Source of the DNA: an uncultured Actinomycetes bacterium
GTDB lineage: Bacteria > Actinomycetota > Thermoleophilia > RBG-16-64-13
Direction of reading: 5' to 3'
Assembly: GCA_963706025.1 (NCBI GenBank)
Contig: CAVPLM010000003.1
Coordinates: 448,001 to 512,000, forward strand
DNA length: 64,000 nt
The notes below the pieces were generated by a model. It was not told where the DNA came from. It made no database searches and worked only from the letters and a program-made list of their open reading frames with translations. Made by a program: the position numbers and the translations under genes. This document shows, one piece after another, positions 61,807 to 64,000 of this stretch (position 1 is its first letter; each line of letters begins with the position of its first letter).

Positions 61807-64000
61807 ATGTCAGAGCAGACCTTTGTGAACTGCACGGGCGGCGGCCCGATCCGAGTCCACGTCGAGGATGGGAAGATAACCAAGGTGCGTCCTCTGGTCT
61901 TTGACGAGACGGACGCCCCCTCCTGGACGATCGAGGCGGGAGGCAAGAAGTACAGCCCTCCCCGCAAAGCCTGCGTCGCTACCTTCACCCTGACCGAGCG
62001 GGCGCGGGTCTACTCGGAAGAGAGGATCCTCTACCCGATGAAGCGGGTCGACTTCGACCCCGATGGCGAGAGGAACCCCCAGAACCGGGGCAAATCGCCC
62101 TACGTGCGCATCGGCTGGGACGAGGCCCTCGAACTCGTCTCCGGCGAGATGAAGCGGATCCGCGCCACCTACGGCCCCGAGGCGATCACGTCCAGGGCCT
62201 CCTCCCACCACAACTGGGGCAACCTGGGCTACCGCACCGGCGCCTGGGCCCGGTTCTTCAGCCTGATCGGGTTCACCGACATCCTCGACAACCCCGATAG
62301 CTGGGAAGGCTGGCACTGGGGCGCGACCCACGCCTACGGTTTCTACTGGAGACTGGGCAATCCCGAGCACTACGACATGCTCGAGGATAATCTCAAGCAC
62401 ACCGAACTGATCATCCACTGGGGCAACGACGCCGACTCCACCCATGGCATCTACGGCGGGAACGAGTCGGCCCTGTGGCGCTACTGGCTCAAGGAGCAGG
62501 GTATCCGGCAGATCATCATCGACCCCTACTACAACTACACCGGCGCGGCCGTGGGCGACAAATGGATCTCCTACCGCCCCGGTACCACCGGCGCCCTGGC
62601 CTTGGGTATCGCCTACGTCTGGCTGACGGAAGGCACCTACGACAAGGAGTACGTGGCCACCCATACCCTCGGTTTCGAGGACTTCAAGAAGTACGTGCTG
62701 GGTGAGGACGATGGCATCCCCAAGACCCCGGAGTGGGCGGGGGAGGAGACCGGTGTCGCTCCCCGCACGATCGTGTCCCTGGCCAGGGATTGGGCCTCGC
62801 ACCGCACCTGCCTGGCCGGTGGGACCAAGGGCGGAGAAGGCGGCCATTGCCGGCAGGCCTACGCCACCGAGCACAACAGGTTGATGGTGTTGCTGCAGGC
62901 CCTTCAGGGACTGGGCAAGCCCGGCGTGAGCATCTGGGGGACGGCCAACGGGCCGCCGTACAACCACACCCTCGACTTCCCCGGATATGCGGGTGTCGCC
63001 GGCTTCAATGCGATCGCCGAGAAACCGGTCGTGAATCCTGTCAAGCAACGCTTGTACCGGCTGACCGTCCCCGAAGCCATCCTGAGCCCGCCGCTCAACT
63101 GGATGGGCGAGGGCTTTTGCGGCAACTCGCTCGAGCAGCAGTTCACCCAGTTCGTCTATCCGCTGCCCGGCCACTCTGAAGTCAAGATGTTCTACCGGTA
63201 CGGCGGCGCCTTCCTGGCCACCATGACCGACACCAACCGCTGGGTGCGGATGTACCAGAGCCCCAAGCTGGAGTTCGTGGTCAACCAGGACTGCTGGTTC
63301 TCCACCGAGACCCGGTTGGCCGATGTCATCCTGCCGGCCTGCACCAACCTCGAGCGCAACGATATCAGCGAGTACGCGAGCTCCGGCGGCTACTCGCTGC
63401 ACGCGTCCGGCAGTGCCAACCACCGGATCATCGTCTACCAGCAGAAGTGCGTGGAGCCTGTGGGCGAATCCCGGCCCGACTACGACATCTTCTGCGGGCT
63501 GGCGGAGAAGCTGGGGGTCCTCGACGAGTACACCGAGGGCAACACCATGGAAGGGTGGATCGAGAAGATGTTCTACGCCTCCGATCTGCCGAAGTACATC
63601 GCCTTCGAGGATTTCAAGAAGAAGGGCTATTTCGTCGTCCCGCAGATCCCCGACTACAAGCCCACCCCGGCGCTGCGCTGGTTCTACGAGGGTCGCCCAT
63701 GCGACACCCCGGACACCAGCAACCCCAAACGGGGGACGGACAAGGCCACCGAGCTGGGGACCTACAGCGGCAAGATCGAGTTCGTCTCGCAGAGCCTGCT
63801 GGCCCATACGCCCGACGACGACGAGCGGGCTCCGCTGCCCCGCTACATCCCCAGTTGGGAAGGGCACCATTCGGAGATCGCCGAGAAGTATCCGCTGGCA
63901 CTCATCTCGCCGCATCCGCGGTTCACCTTCCACACCCACCACGACAGTCACGTTCCCTGGCTGTCCGAGATCCCGGGTCACCGGATTTCCAAAGACGGCT
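61807..64000 (+). CDS. Pyrogallol-phloroglucinol transhydroxylase large-subunit-like molybdoenzyme (DMSO reductase family), cut by window edge
   Basis: Read directly because the ORF track omits it (no stop in window): GGPIRVHV.DGKI, PPRK, YPMKRVDFDPDGERNPQNRG, SSHHNWGNLGYR, NPDSWEGWHWG, WRLGNPE. Confidence 0.85.
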   Translation, partial: MSEQTFVNCTGGGPIRVHVEDGKITKVRPLVFDETDAPSWTIEAGGKKYSPPRKACVATFTLTERARVYSEERILYPMKRVDFDPDGERNPQNRGKSPYVRIGWDEALELVSGEMKRIRATYGPEAITSRASSHHNWGNLGYRTGAWARFFSLIGFTDILDNPDSWEGWHWGATHAYGFYWRLGNPEHYDMLEDNLKHTELIIHWGNDADSTHGIYGGNESALWRYWLKEQGIRQIIIDPYYNYTGAAVGDKWISYRPGTTGALALGIAYVWLTEGTYDKEYVATHTLGFEDFKKYVLGEDDGIPKTPEWAGEETGVAPRTIVSLARDWASHRTCLAGGTKGGEGGHCRQAYATEHNRLMVLLQALQGLGKPGVSIWGTANGPPYNHTLDFPGYAGVAGFNAIAEKPVVNPVKQRLYRLTVPEAILSPPLNWMGEGFCGNSLEQQFTQFVYPLPGHSEVKMFYRYGGAFLATMTDTNRWVRMYQSPKLEFVVNQDCWFSTETRLADVILPACTNLERNDISEYASSGGYSLHASGSANHRIIVYQQKCVEPVGESRPDYDIFCGLAEKLGVLDEYTEGNTMEGWIEKMFYASDLPKYIAFEDFKKKGYFVVPQIPDYKPTPALRWFYEGRPCDTPDTSNPKRGTDKATELGTYSGKIEFVSQSLLAHTPDDDERAPLPRYIPSWEGHHSEIAEKYPLALISPHPRFTFHTHHDSHVPWLSEIPGHRISKDG

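Noticed and set aside
61810-63981. Long antisense ORFs (also 21926-24235, 54157-56352, 17384-19018, 25805-27412)
   Set aside because: Shadow frames of GC-rich sense genes with no recognisable motifs

Overview
GC-rich window from what looks like an anaerobic bacterium. The lipoproteins with LAAC/LVAC lipoboxes and Thr-rich tethers suggest an actinomycetotal host such as Thermoleophilia, but that is inference only. Many single-base indels in otherwise intact genes point to an imperfectly polished long-read assembly. There are two parts. (1) About 0.44-12.1 kb is an accessory island behind a sulfhydrogenase-gamma/AsrB-type gene. It holds darTG, hicAB, MNT-HEPN, and an N-terminally truncated integron integrase whose start is a 37-bp copy from the upstream gene. 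Downstream of the integrase lie an attI-like site, cassettes with recognisable attC sites, and a run of partly decayed toxin-antitoxin modules (about 10 in total). (2) About 12.1-64 kb is a large anaerobic catabolic region: ABC transporters, hydantoinase/oxoprolinase A+B, two atypical Rid proteins, an atypical lactonase, two xanthine-dehydrogenase-family Mo enzymes (one with a GltD-like module inserted in its FAD subunit), corrinoid proteins with a URO-D/MtaA-type methyltransferase, isochorismatase, a domain-swapped acyl-CoA synthetase, ETF with a membrane Fe-S oxidoreductase, GlcDEF-like genes, an acyl-CoA dehydrogenase and a pyrogallol-transhydroxylase-like enzyme. No rRNA, tRNA, CRISPR array or transposase was recognised.
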